A DNA stretch of 64,000 nt from an uncultured Bacteroides sp. (GTDB taxonomy: Bacteria > Bacteroidota > Bacteroidia > Bacteroidales > GCA-2748055). The stretch covers positions 2,224 to 66,223 of the forward strand of contig CAZRPW010000009.1 in assembly GCA_964601975.1 (NCBI GenBank), written 5' to 3'. Position numbers and translations under genes: made by a program. This document shows positions 44,870 to 54,992 of this stretch, piece after piece; positions within the stretch are counted from its first letter, which is position 1, and every line of letters starts with the position of its first letter. The notes under the pieces are model-generated. The model had not been told where the DNA came from, made no database searches, and saw only the letters and a list, made by a program, of their open reading frames with translations.

Positions 44870-47755
44870 CTAATATTTTAAAACTTTGGCCTTAGCTACC
44901 TTACCATTCCGGGTAAACACATTTACATAGTACATCCCATCTCCCAATCCCGAGATATCTAATTCATTACTGTTTTCGGACTGTACTACGCTTTGCCCCA
45001 GGCTGTTATAAACAATCACCTTGTCAATATGATTCTTGCTTGCCACTTCAACATGAAGTACGCCACTTGTGGGATTTGGGAAAATATTAATCTTCTCTTC
45101 ATCAGGTACCTGCCAATCCACCTTCGAGGTGAAAGGAGAATATTCGAATGCACCTATATCCGGACCATCATATTCATATTTCATGCCGACACCCTGGCCT
45201 GCTTCCCAGGAAAGAGCCCGGTCCAGGGTCAGGGTACCTGTTGAATAATCGATGGAAACAATGATGGCATAAGTGCTTTGTCCTTCCAATTGAATTGCGT
45301 CTCCGGCTTTGATACCAAAACCGTCCATAAACCAGCCGGCATCATCCACCTGCATGCTAAGGGCATCGGACCCCGAACTACTTGCAGAAGTAAGGAAAGT
45401 CGCAGCATCAATCATCGGGCTGTCTTCTTTCAGATGAAAATCCTTATTCCCCTCATCCACAAAATCCGGATTGGCCTGCAAATTGCTTTTGAAAAGCTCT
45501 GAGTGATTAGCCTCCCACCAGCTAAGAGATTCCGGAGCAGGGTTAGAACTTGAAGAACGGGATCCGTATGCTACAACATAGAGCTCATCTTCCTCTGAGC
45601 TAAAAATATTATTATTCTCAATCAATACATCAGATGTCCTGCCTGTTAAAATCTGTACAGGCTTGTTATCCAGCTCTTCGAACCAGGACCAACGGGAATC
45701 GTTCTGGATAAATTGATTCTTGTAAAAGATGTTGTTCTTTATTTGCTGATCGCTGAAATTCTGACCATCGCTTCCGGAAATATCAAGCCCTCCAAAATCG
45801 TTATCATAAAAAACATTGTGGGAAATCCTGTTGCTATAATTATACTGAGCCTCATCGGAATAGATTGTAAGTGAAAGGGGCGGACCTACACATTCGTAAA
45901 AAACATTGTTCCTTATAATACCGTTCTGTCCGGCATACTGAATGCCACTGTAGGGTGAGCTATCTCCTGAAGATGCGGTATAAGCAAATATGTTATCTTC
46001 CACCACATTGTATTTGGTATCATCCAAAGAAGTTATTTTCGGGAAACTCCCTTCTCCATATCCTACTTCATCACAATCGTATACTTCACCAATTTTCTGG
46101 AGTTCATTGTGAAAATAATTGCCGCGTATAATTGTATAATTGCTGCATTTTAAAGTCCACAGCACATGAACGGCCTTTGTAATTGTATTTCCTTCAATCA
46201 GGTTATAATCACAATCGATCATCCCAATATTATCCTGGGTGCTTTCAGTGATCACATTGTCGAGAATTTTTATATGATTGCAGGCCTGGAAGAATAGCCC
46301 GGTTTTAGAACTTCCGTATTGATTGGTTGCGTTCTCGAACTTGTTGTTCCTGATTATAATATGATGACTTCCCAGGACATTTAACCACCTGTTTACATCG
46401 TGTATATACAAGCCCTCAATAACAATGAAATTCTTTTCTTCGATCCAGATAGCCGGGGCAAGAGATTCACCGGTAAGCTCGACTACTTCATCCCCGTAAT
46501 TTTTAAATGTGATGTAAGCATTTTCCATACCCGAATATTTAGGGCTAAGCTTTACCTGGTAAACACCTTCTCTTATGAGCACCCGGGTGCCTGCAATTGC
46601 TGCATTTGCAGCCGATGTTATTGATTTATAGGCATCACCGTCAGAGCCACTGCAATCCCGGTTTGCCACAGAATAGTTACCAGTACAATCGGCAGATAAG
46701 AGTGGGTCAACATAAATTGTATTTACAGCAAGCTGCGCAACAAACAGTTCCATGGCAGCTCTGAGACCGGCAGTAGCCTGGTCAACTTCAGCTTGGGTTG
46801 TACCACTGACTACGGCTGCTTTGGCTGCTTCGGCTGTTGCAATTGCTGCATTTGCTGCATCTACCCTTACCTGGGTATACTCACCTTCAGCATCGCCAAT
46901 AGTAGCACCGGCAATGACAGCCTTTGATGAATCAATCACAGCAAGAAGTTCAGTGGTATCAGGTAATGGTTCATTGGGAGCAAACAGTTCCATAGCTGCT
47001 CTGAGATCGGCAGTAGCCTGTCCAACTCCAGCCTGCGATACAGCACCGGCAAGTGCTGCTTCGGCTGCTACAAGTGCTGCATTTGCTGCATCTACCTTTG
47101 CCTGAGTATATTCACCTACAGCATCACCAATAGTTACACCGGTAATCACAGCTGAGGATGAATCTATAACAGCAGTGAGTTCCGCTGTATCAGGTGGATC
47201 GACTTCAACTTCCCAGTCATAAAAGAAATGATATTGATTCGTCGTTATACCTCCTCCGGTCCACTTTATATCAGCTGTGACAGTCGCTATATCACCGACA
47301 GCATATGGATAATTCTCATTGTCTGATGTTTTATCACGCCAAAAACCTACCTGGACATCTGATATCAATCTATATCCTGTTCCGGCAGGAATAGACATGT
47401 TTAATATCAATCTTTGCTCTCCAAGCACTACGTTAACCGCTGCAGAAGCAATTGTATCATCGTTGACACTTATCACAGTCAGCGTTCTTAAGCCCTCATA
47501 GCTTTCCCCTAATTCGCTTACGCCATTATATACTTTCACTGAAAGCAACTTCATATCTGTGAGTGCATCAAACTGTAGTCCCCACATGGCGTCTTCATCT
47601 GCCCATTTGTAGTAACTTCCATCAGCTTCAGGGCCTTTGTCAGTTTTGGCCCCTTTTACAGATGTTGCGTCAGCATAGCTGCTAATCATTAATAATACAC
47701 CTAAAAAAAGAAAAGCTCTCTTTATGAAAATTGCTCCTTTAAAATTTGTTTTCAT
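44870..47755 (-). CDS. T9SS-secreted multidomain protein: unknown N-domain, two Ala-rich FIVAR-like repeats, a parallel beta-helix and a CTD
   Basis: 961 aa with a signal peptide. The beta-helix core aligns by eye with 43172..44854 over ~520 aa. The C-terminal INIFPNPTSGVLHVEV...GMYYVNVFTRNGKVAKAKVLKY is a T9SS CTD. Confidence 0.8.
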   Translation of the reverse strand: MKTNFKGAIFIKRAFLFLGVLLMISSYADATSVKGAKTDKGPEADGSYYKWADEDAMWGLQFDALTDMKLLSVKVYNGVSELGESYEGLRTLTVISVNDDTIASAAVNVVLGEQRLILNMSIPAGTGYRLISDVQVGFWRDKTSDNENYPYAVGDIATVTADIKWTGGGITTNQYHFFYDWEVEVDPPDTAELTAVIDSSSAVITGVTIGDAVGEYTQAKVDAANAALVAAEAALAGAVSQAGVGQATADLRAAMELFAPNEPLPDTTELLAVIDSSKAVIAGATIGDAEGEYTQVRVDAANAAIATAEAAKAAVVSGTTQAEVDQATAGLRAAMELFVAQLAVNTIYVDPLLSADCTGNYSVANRDCSGSDGDAYKSITSAANAAIAGTRVLIREGVYQVKLSPKYSGMENAYITFKNYGDEVVELTGESLAPAIWIEEKNFIVIEGLYIHDVNRWLNVLGSHHIIIRNNKFENATNQYGSSKTGLFFQACNHIKILDNVITESTQDNIGMIDCDYNLIEGNTITKAVHVLWTLKCSNYTIIRGNYFHNELQKIGEVYDCDEVGYGEGSFPKITSLDDTKYNVVEDNIFAYTASSGDSSPYSGIQYAGQNGIIRNNVFYECVGPPLSLTIYSDEAQYNYSNRISHNVFYDNDFGGLDISGSDGQNFSDQQIKNNIFYKNQFIQNDSRWSWFEELDNKPVQILTGRTSDVLIENNNIFSSEEDELYVVAYGSRSSSSNPAPESLSWWEANHSELFKSNLQANPDFVDEGNKDFHLKEDSPMIDAATFLTSASSSGSDALSMQVDDAGWFMDGFGIKAGDAIQLEGQSTYAIIVSIDYSTGTLTLDRALSWEAGQGVGMKYEYDGPDIGAFEYSPFTSKVDWQVPDEEKINIFPNPTSGVLHVEVASKNHIDKVIVYNSLGQSVVQSENSNELDISGLGDGMYYVNVFTRNGKVAKAKVLKY
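46733..47194 (-). repeat. In-frame tandem duplication of a ~77-aa Ala-rich helical unit (FIVAR-like)
   Basis: PDTAELTAVIDSSSAVITGVTIGDAVGEYTQAKVDAANAALVAAEAA...RAAMELF is followed by PDTTELLAVIDSSKAVIAGATIGDAEGEYTQVRVDAANAAIATAEAA...RAAMELF. Confidence 0.8.
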
Positions 47756-47916
47756 AATGGGGATAGATTTAATAATCTACTTTTTAAGCACAGCATAGCC
47801 ACATTACATGCCAGGCATTCATATTAAAAAACTTGGAAAAGTTGGAAAAGAAGGGGCTGTCCCGAAAGTAATAGCCCTGCTAGAACCCTCATGGACAGCC
47901 TCTTTACCTATTGTTA

Positions 47917-49512
47917 TTAATAACCCGGGTTCTGAGGCTTCAGATTCGGGCTCTTATCAATTTCAGTTTGTGGAATGGGCCACAGGTAGTTTTTGGTTTT
48001 ATCAAAACTGTCCCATGTTTCAAAACCATCGGACCCAAATACCTGGTCTCCCATATCTCTTCTTACAATATCATGCCATCTCTTATACTCGAAAGCCAGT
48101 TCAAGCCTTCTTTCCTCAAGTACAAGTGTTCTGAATTCATCCTTGCTGATTCCCGAAGCAACATCGGCAGGAGAAGCACTGGGTCCGTATGAACCGTATC
48201 CGCCTCCGTCCCAGTTGATGACACCTCCTGAACGGGCGCGTTCACGTAGCTGGTTTACATAGCCTGCAGCTTCGGTGGTAAGGCCAATCTCATTCCCTGC
48301 TTCTGCAGCAATTAATAATACCTCCCCGTACCTGTAAACTATGTAATTCAGATCTGATCTCCATCCGGCAGTTGCACTCTTTATTTCACCGCAAAAACGG
48401 TTGTGTTTTGCAGCATGAGGCCTTGGAATATCAGGAAATTCAGTATAAGGGCTTACAACATCCTGGTTGGAAAGGAGAATGGAATCTGTAAAGCTTACCT
48501 TTTTCCTGTAATCATTATCGTCCCAATCTTCATAAACTTTCAGGCTCGGAACAAGCATGCTCCACCCCCTGTAATATCGTTCGGCTCCCTCAATTGCCTC
48601 ATATGCCCCCAGCTCATGACCATTTTCCTGGGTAAAACTATTTGTCGGATTGTCTCCTCTCATGTTACCCATGAAATCCACAGCAAAAATATATTCCTTG
48701 GAATTATCCTGGGTCTCAGCCCTGAACAGATCCTGGAAATCAGTTTCCAGAGCATAATTCAGCGTTGCAGCATTGTCAATCACCCATTTGGCCTGATCGT
48801 AGGACTCCTGCCAGTTCCCCAGCGTAAGGTGTACGGACGCAAGAACAGTGGCAGCAGAACCTTTAGAAGGCCTTGTGCGTCTGTCTGATTCGGGGTGTTG
48901 CATAGGCAGATACTCCAGCGCAAATTCCAGATCACTAATAATTCCTTCATATATAATATCGACGGAGGACTTCTCCACTTTACTTACGTCGAAATTCAGA
49001 TCCGTCAGGTAAGGAAGTTCTCCAAAGCCACGTACCAGGTCGTAATAAACCAAAGCCCTTACAAACCTGGCCTCTGCTTCCAGCGCATCTTTTGTACTTT
49101 GTGATTCATCGATCTGACTTACACCAAATATGGCTGTATTTGCAATACTGACGACTCCATAAGCACATTCCCAAAATTGCAAAGTGTAAGTATTAACGGG
49201 ATCAACCGTAAACCGGTTGTAATCGGCATAGCCTGATGCAAAATCGAGACCGACGTCCATCATATCACTGCCCAGGCAGAGTGCCCCGACATACCTGGAT
49301 CCATAATAATTTGTGGAAGCCATAGAGCCATAGCAACCATTAATGGCTGACAGAACTTCTGCAGCGGAGGCAAAGTACCCTTCCGGGGCAAGCAATCCTA
49401 CAGGGTCTTCGTCCAGGTCGACACAACTACTGGAGAAAACCAAAACAATGCTTATAATATATAGTTTAAATATCCTTTTCATGACGTTTCCTTTAAATAA
49501 GTTAGTCTTCAT
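47917..49512 (-). CDS. susD: SusD/RagB-family glycan-binding lipoprotein
   Basis: 531 aa with a lipoprotein signal (LVFSSSC). It lies immediately downstream of the SusC-like gene. An alternative start at 49482 (MKRIFKLY...) is equally plausible. Confidence 0.85.
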   Translation of the reverse strand: MKTNLFKGNVMKRIFKLYIISIVLVFSSSCVDLDEDPVGLLAPEGYFASAAEVLSAINGCYGSMASTNYYGSRYVGALCLGSDMMDVGLDFASGYADYNRFTVDPVNTYTLQFWECAYGVVSIANTAIFGVSQIDESQSTKDALEAEARFVRALVYYDLVRGFGELPYLTDLNFDVSKVEKSSVDIIYEGIISDLEFALEYLPMQHPESDRRTRPSKGSAATVLASVHLTLGNWQESYDQAKWVIDNAATLNYALETDFQDLFRAETQDNSKEYIFAVDFMGNMRGDNPTNSFTQENGHELGAYEAIEGAERYYRGWSMLVPSLKVYEDWDDNDYRKKVSFTDSILLSNQDVVSPYTEFPDIPRPHAAKHNRFCGEIKSATAGWRSDLNYIVYRYGEVLLIAAEAGNEIGLTTEAAGYVNQLRERARSGGVINWDGGGYGSYGPSASPADVASGISKDEFRTLVLEERRLELAFEYKRWHDIVRRDMGDQVFGSDGFETWDSFDKTKNYLWPIPQTEIDKSPNLKPQNPGY

Positions 49513-52500
49513 TAAAATCCAACATTTACACCTACGGTAATCGACTTAACACTCGGATAACCCGCATAATCCAGGCCCAGGCTGGTGCTGTTACTTCCAT
49601 AGGAAATCTCAGGATCAACTCCCTTGTATTTTGTAAGTGTTAGGATGTTCTGTGCACTTACATAGATTCTCGCTGAACGGATTTTTGTTTTGCTTAGAAG
49701 GCTTTCACTAAAATTATATCCCAGGGAGACATTCTTTAAACGAATGTAACTCCCATCTTCGACCCACCTGTCGGAAAAAACCGCGGAATTACTAACGTTC
49801 GCCATTGGAATATCCGTATCAGTATTTGTCGGGGTCCAACGATCCAGGGCCTCTAATGTGGCATTGTTCCGACCATTCAGGGTTCCCAGTTCCATCCTGG
49901 TATAGTTGATCATATCACCACCCTGGGAGCCCTGGATAATCAGGTTCAGATCAAAACCGCCATAGGTGAAGCTATTATTCCAGCTCCAGATAAAATCAGG
50001 ATGGGGATTACCCACAATTACCCGGTCGTTATCATCCAGTATACCATCAGGAGTCACATCCTTAAATTTCTCACCCCCTACACCATCGGCATTTACCAAT
50101 TGATCTTCACCTTCCTGCAATACACCCTCATATACATATCCGTAGAAAACACCCACAGACTCTCCTTCTCTCAATACCTGGGTATACTGACTCCCTGCCC
50201 CTTCAATGGGTGCAGTGCCATAATAAATATCATTAAACTCATTATCATTCTCTACCAGGGTAAGGATCTTATTCCTGTTAAATGAGATATTGGCATTGGT
50301 ATTCCATTTCAACTTACCTGTGAGGACTTTCGCATTAAGCGCAAATTCAACCCCACTGTTCTGTACCTGTCCAATATTCTGCAACTGGTAGCTAAAACCG
50401 CTAAACCGGGCAACCGGTACACTGAATAGGAGGTCCGAAGTAATCATATTGTAGTAATCTGCAGTCATCCCGATCCTGTTTTCCAGAAGTCCGATATCCA
50501 AACCGATATCCGTCTGCGCTGTTGATTCCCATGTGAGATTCGGATTGGATGTGGATCCGGGTTTAATCGCAGAAACGATCGTTCCCCTGTCGGTTGTAAA
50601 CACATCGGTTAATGTTGCAAGTGACTGGTAAGGACTAATGGCCTGGTTACCGGTAATACCATAACTCACCCTTAATTTTAACTGGCTGATATCGTCCACA
50701 TTTGACATAAACCCTTCCTTTTTTATATTCCAGGCCAGGGCCCCTGATGGAAAGAATGCCCATTTATTGTTTGCGGCAAACCTCGATGAACCATCATATC
50801 GTGCATTAAAAGTGAAGAGGTACTTGCTATTAAAACCATAATTCAGTCGTCCGTAATAGGATGCCAATTTAGATTTTGTGAGGTAAGAATCATATACGGG
50901 TATTCCGGTTGCTGAACCCAAATTCCAGTATAAAAAGGCATCCGTTGGAAAACCACTGGCATATTCATTTCCCATTCCTTCCGAATTAAAAGCCTGGTAT
51001 GAATATCCTGCCATTACATTCACATCATGCACACCATTAAAAACAGTTGCGTAAGTAAAATAATTCTCACTTGCAAGATTCGTAGACAGGTCATAGGAAA
51101 GATTTGCTTCCCCATCCACCGAAGATCCACGTTCAGTCTTACTGGTTATATATCGTCCATCTCGCCCACTTTCTGTGCTAAGACCCAGCGTTGTTTTAAA
51201 TTTCAAGCCTTTCAACAGGTCAAGCTCCGTAAAAAAATTACCCTGCTTCAAATCAGTGATCTCCTGTATAATATACTCAGTAGCTGCAGCATATGGGTTG
51301 TCGGAAGGGATTCCCCTGTCTGTCAAAGTCAAATTTCCATCCTCATCATAGATCCCCACAGTTGGACTGAATTTGTAAGCCATGTCAGGTACACTCGGGG
51401 CATAATAACCTCCGGTCTGTGATCTCACACCATTCCGATCTACACTCCGTGCATGGATATTGGCTCCTACGCTGACCCAATCCAATACCTGGGCTTTAAT
51501 GTTACTTGTAAATGAATATCTCTGGTAATCTGAGCTAAGCACAATCCCCTGCTGATCATAGTAGGTTCCTGATAAATAATAAGTGATTTCATCTGTCCCC
51601 CCGGAAACAGACATTTGATAATTTTGAAGCAGTCCGTTCCGGTAGATAACATCCTGCCAGTTAGTTCCCTCACCATAACTGGAGGGTTCATTATAAAAAC
51701 CCGGGTCAATTTCATTTATAAGTGTGGCATAATCAGTTGCATTAAGCACCTCCAGGCGGTTAATTTCCCGCTGGAAAGAAGTGGATGCACTGAAATCAAT
51801 TTTAAAAACCCCGCTTTTCCCGCTTTTTGTCGTAACCAGCACAACACCGTTGGCTCCCCGGGAACCGTAGATGGCAGTTGAAGAAGCATCTTTCAAAACC
51901 TCCATAGAGGCGATATCCTCAGGCGGTGGCATTTCCGCACCGGGAAATCCATCCACAACAATCAGGGGATCACTGCTTGCATTTATGGAAGTGTTACCCC
52001 TGATACTAATACTGTAACCCGAGCCCGGCTCACCATTTGTGGATTGAACCTGCACACCCGCAGCCATCCCTTGCAAGGCCTGAATTGCATCAGCAGCGGG
52101 ATAAGCAGTTAAATCATCAGCAGTGACAGAAGCTACTGAACCGGTAATGTCGCTCTTCTTCACGGTACCATATCCAACCACCACCAATTCTTCAAGGAGT
52201 TCTGTACTTTCCTTCAGGCTTACATTTATTTCGGATCTTCCTGAAACAGGAACTTCTATGCTTGTAAAACCGATGTAGGAAAATAAAAGGACCGAATTCG
52301 CATCCGGAACTTCAATGGAATAGCTACCATCTATTCCACTAATAGTGCCTATCGCCGTACCTTTAACCAGGATATTAACACCCGGAAGGGTTTCTCCCGT
52401 GCTGGCTGATGTTAAAATTCCCCTAATCTCAAGATTTTGAAATTCCGTACTGGGTGTAATTACAATGACTTTATCTACTACCTTATAAGAAACCCCGGCA

Positions 52501-52817
52501 TCTTTAAATGCACTTTTCAGAACATCTTCGATGGAACTGTTCTTAGCTTCAACGCTAATTACCTTGTCAACATCTATCTGATCGTCTTTATAAAAGAAAT
52601 TGAACTCACTCTGTTTCTCTATTTCATTAAACAGCTCTTTTATAGTTGCATCCTTCAGAGATACATCTAAACGTGCCTGTTGAGAATACCCACTTGCTGT
52701 AACGCTCAGGACACTTACCAGTAATAAGAATGTTGAAAGTTTCATTACCATCAGGATTTTCAGCGCATTCTTGTTTTTAGTAAAAAACCGAATGCCCGGT
52801 TCATCAATATTTTTCAT
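49512..52817 (-). CDS. susC: SusC-like TonB-dependent transducer (STN signalling domain, carboxypeptidase-regulatory-like domain, plug and barrel)
   Basis: 1101 aa. It has an STN region (LDVSLKDATIKELFNEIEKQSEFNFFY...VIVITP), a CarboxypepD_reg-like IRGILTSASTGETLPGVNILVKGT and a plug (VVVGYGTVKKSDITGSV). It ends in a terminal Phe. Confidence 0.9.
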   Translation of the reverse strand: MKNIDEPGIRFFTKNKNALKILMVMKLSTFLLLVSVLSVTASGYSQQARLDVSLKDATIKELFNEIEKQSEFNFFYKDDQIDVDKVISVEAKNSSIEDVLKSAFKDAGVSYKVVDKVIVITPSTEFQNLEIRGILTSASTGETLPGVNILVKGTAIGTISGIDGSYSIEVPDANSVLLFSYIGFTSIEVPVSGRSEINVSLKESTELLEELVVVGYGTVKKSDITGSVASVTADDLTAYPAADAIQALQGMAAGVQVQSTNGEPGSGYSISIRGNTSINASSDPLIVVDGFPGAEMPPPEDIASMEVLKDASSTAIYGSRGANGVVLVTTKSGKSGVFKIDFSASTSFQREINRLEVLNATDYATLINEIDPGFYNEPSSYGEGTNWQDVIYRNGLLQNYQMSVSGGTDEITYYLSGTYYDQQGIVLSSDYQRYSFTSNIKAQVLDWVSVGANIHARSVDRNGVRSQTGGYYAPSVPDMAYKFSPTVGIYDEDGNLTLTDRGIPSDNPYAAATEYIIQEITDLKQGNFFTELDLLKGLKFKTTLGLSTESGRDGRYITSKTERGSSVDGEANLSYDLSTNLASENYFTYATVFNGVHDVNVMAGYSYQAFNSEGMGNEYASGFPTDAFLYWNLGSATGIPVYDSYLTKSKLASYYGRLNYGFNSKYLFTFNARYDGSSRFAANNKWAFFPSGALAWNIKKEGFMSNVDDISQLKLRVSYGITGNQAISPYQSLATLTDVFTTDRGTIVSAIKPGSTSNPNLTWESTAQTDIGLDIGLLENRIGMTADYYNMITSDLLFSVPVARFSGFSYQLQNIGQVQNSGVEFALNAKVLTGKLKWNTNANISFNRNKILTLVENDNEFNDIYYGTAPIEGAGSQYTQVLREGESVGVFYGYVYEGVLQEGEDQLVNADGVGGEKFKDVTPDGILDDNDRVIVGNPHPDFIWSWNNSFTYGGFDLNLIIQGSQGGDMINYTRMELGTLNGRNNATLEALDRWTPTNTDTDIPMANVSNSAVFSDRWVEDGSYIRLKNVSLGYNFSESLLSKTKIRSARIYVSAQNILTLTKYKGVDPEISYGSNSTSLGLDYAGYPSVKSITVGVNVGF

Positions 52818-53027
52818 AAATTTGAATGTTTTTAAATAGGTAAACCCATTTGTTATTTAGCATTTTCATCTAGCACTGGGGCTGTTTAAATTCATTTTTC
52901 GGGAAATGTCTCCAGCATTTCCCGATTTTTTTAACTCGATGTTTTTCAGGATATTATCATATTATTTAATTTTCAGGCACGATTTAATTCTATTTCGGGT
53001 CACCATAGTCTCCGTATATTATATATC

Positions 53028-54176
53028 CTAATCTCTGACTTTATCGATGTATAAATCATTCTTCTCAAAGGTGAAATGAATGGGCGTGGTAAGATTTAAG
53101 ATTTCCATTACCTGGGGCAGTGTTTCCTTGTGTGCAAACTCCCCGGTGTAAGAGTAGCTTTTCAATTCCTCATCCTGTATATGTATCTTCACATCATACC
53201 ATCTTTCCAGCTTATAGGCTATGTTTTCAAGCGTTTCACTTTGAAAGATTAAGCGGTCGTCTTTCCAGGCGGTGTGTAGTTCAACATCTACGCTTGAGGA
53301 AACCAGGATCTGTACCTTTTCACTGGGTGAATGGTTCGATGTTCCTTTCCCGCTTATGACCAGGCTTGGCTTATTGCTCTCAAGTTCGGAAAGGACGGCC
53401 TTCGAACCCTCCTTGATAAGGGTGATCTTCTGATTTGGCTTCAACATAAGCTGCTGATCCGACGAAGGCTGCAAACCTCTGCGAATCACATTGATCGATC
53501 CCTCCACAAGGGTTGTTTCAACGGTTTCTTCATCCGCGTATGCCATTACATTAAAACGCGTACCCAGGACCTCAATGTCCATGTCGGAGGTATGAACAAA
53601 AAATGGGGTCTTCCCCTCTTTCTTCTGAACCTCGAAAAATGCTTCCCCTTCAAGATATACTTCGCGTTGTCTGTCACTAAATGTGGCCGGGTATTTTAAA
53701 CTAGTTTCCGAATTCAGCCAAACCTTTGTACCATCAGATAAAATAAGTTGTGATTTTTGCCCTTTGACTGTAATAATCTGGTTGTATGCTATGGACCCGC
53801 TATCAGGCCTCAGTTTTAGAAAATAGATGCTTGCCCAGGACACAGAAAATGCAAGAAAAAACACGGCTGCGATCTTCAGAAAATATCCTGGCACTTTCCC
53901 TGATTTGATCGATCTTACCCTGGTTAATTCCTTTGAACTGTCTGAGGGTACCCCGATTCTACCAAGGATTTTATTCCAGTCATCCGCCTTATCTGCCTCG
54001 CTCATAGTCTTATTGACTCCCGAAGCACGCCAGAGAAATTCTATTTCATCAAAATACAGCTTATTCTCAGCGCTCATTTTGACCCATTTCTCTATCATCA
54101 GCTTCTCAGCTTCGGTAGATTCGCCGGTTAAATACCTGATAACCTGCTCTTTAGTTGCTATTTGATCAGCTTGCAT
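53028..54176 (-). CDS. FecR-family anti-sigma factor / transmembrane sensor (copy 2)
   Basis: I set the start at MQADQIATKEQVIRYLTGE (54176) by alignment with the paralog's MQSKQIAIKGQVIKYLAGE. The track's 22 extra N-terminal residues fall in a spacer that is homologous to non-coding sequence at the paralogous locus. Confidence 0.85.
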   Translation of the reverse strand: MQADQIATKEQVIRYLTGESTEAEKLMIEKWVKMSAENKLYFDEIEFLWRASGVNKTMSEADKADDWNKILGRIGVPSDSSKELTRVRSIKSGKVPGYFLKIAAVFFLAFSVSWASIYFLKLRPDSGSIAYNQIITVKGQKSQLILSDGTKVWLNSETSLKYPATFSDRQREVYLEGEAFFEVQKKEGKTPFFVHTSDMDIEVLGTRFNVMAYADEETVETTLVEGSINVIRRGLQPSSDQQLMLKPNQKITLIKEGSKAVLSELESNKPSLVISGKGTSNHSPSEKVQILVSSSVDVELHTAWKDDRLIFQSETLENIAYKLERWYDVKIHIQDEELKSYSYTGEFAHKETLPQVMEILNLTTPIHFTFEKNDLYIDKVRD

Positions 54177-54313
54177 TTTCCTTATTACATTATTAATACG
54201 ATCGATTGTCTTTTTACCCCTACAAGTGCTGGCCTGATTCATTCATAAACCCACAATTTACTTGTTTTTATACGCTTATCTTATGAGTGCCTCACTGGTC
54301 TTTTCACTAATTA

Positions 54314-54898
54314 TCAGCCTTTTCCATGCTCTTGAGAAACAATACCGGATAGTTGTTTCTTCAGGGATTTTATTGCCCGGGACATTTGTGTTTCTACTGT
54401 TTTTACAGAGATATTCAGTGCTTTAGAGATTTCCCGATATTTCAGTCCCTCAAACCTGCTTAATTCGAAAACCTCTCTGCATTTTTCAGGCAGATTTTCA
54501 ATGGCAGAATGAATAGCATCCCTTATCTCCTTATTAATTAAGCCATCCAAGGGATGATCCTCCGCCCTAAACGAGTTATAACCTGTTTCCTGAATCTCTC
54601 TGATCCGCATTTTTTCATATTCTAATGCTACATTTAAATGCTTCAGATGATCCAAACACTGATTATGTACTGAACGGTATAAATATGATTTTAATGATTC
54701 TTCACCCAGGAGTGCAGCTCTTTTCTCCCAGATCCTGACGAAAACATCCTGCACAATTTCTCTGGAGGTATCCAGATCAAAGACAAATCCCTGTGCATAA
54801 TGACACAAGGATTCATAATGCTCATCATAGAGCATTTCAAAAGCTTTTAAATCCCCTTTCGCCAACCTGTTCGATATGTAGCTTTTAGAGGAACTCAT
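54314..54898 (-). CDS. ECF RNA polymerase sigma factor (copy 2)
   Basis: 194 aa with DTSREIVQDVFVRIWEKR and LKYREISKALNISVKTVETQMSRAIKSLK. It is the first gene of the glycan locus. Confidence 0.85.
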   Translation of the reverse strand: MSSSKSYISNRLAKGDLKAFEMLYDEHYESLCHYAQGFVFDLDTSREIVQDVFVRIWEKRAALLGEESLKSYLYRSVHNQCLDHLKHLNVALEYEKMRIREIQETGYNSFRAEDHPLDGLINKEIRDAIHSAIENLPEKCREVFELSRFEGLKYREISKALNISVKTVETQMSRAIKSLKKQLSGIVSQEHGKG

Positions 54899-54992
54899 TT
54901 AGCCGATTTTCTATAAGGAAGCCAATTATTGCTGACCTCATCAAATATAAGAGAAGTTCCCGAACGATAACCAAACGACGGCTCCCAAAAAA

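Noticed and set aside
47825-47878. A possible terminator between susD and the 961-aa gene, with a GGGCT/AGCCC stem and a U-rich tail on the minus strand.
   Set aside because: The stem is only 5 bp with a 14-nt loop, which is too weak to call. I mention it only as a possible unit boundary.
52900-52924. A perfect 9-bp-stem hairpin (cgggaaatg/catttcccg) followed by T7 on the + strand, in the FecR-2 to SusC spacer.
   Set aside because: No + strand gene exists for it to terminate. On the coding (minus) strand it is followed by A-rich rather than U-rich sequence. It could be part of the sigma-dependent promoter region, but I cannot support any specific function.
54177-54242. The track's longer N-termini for FecR-2 (MNQASTCRGKK...) and for the T9SS repeat protein (38129..38179, MISIFTIIYSNNLKISI).
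   Set aside because: The paralogous FecR-1 locus has stop codons in the homologous upstream spacer, and both proteins align from MQ..QIA.K.QVI.YL. For the repeat protein, the downstream Met gives a proper signal peptide.
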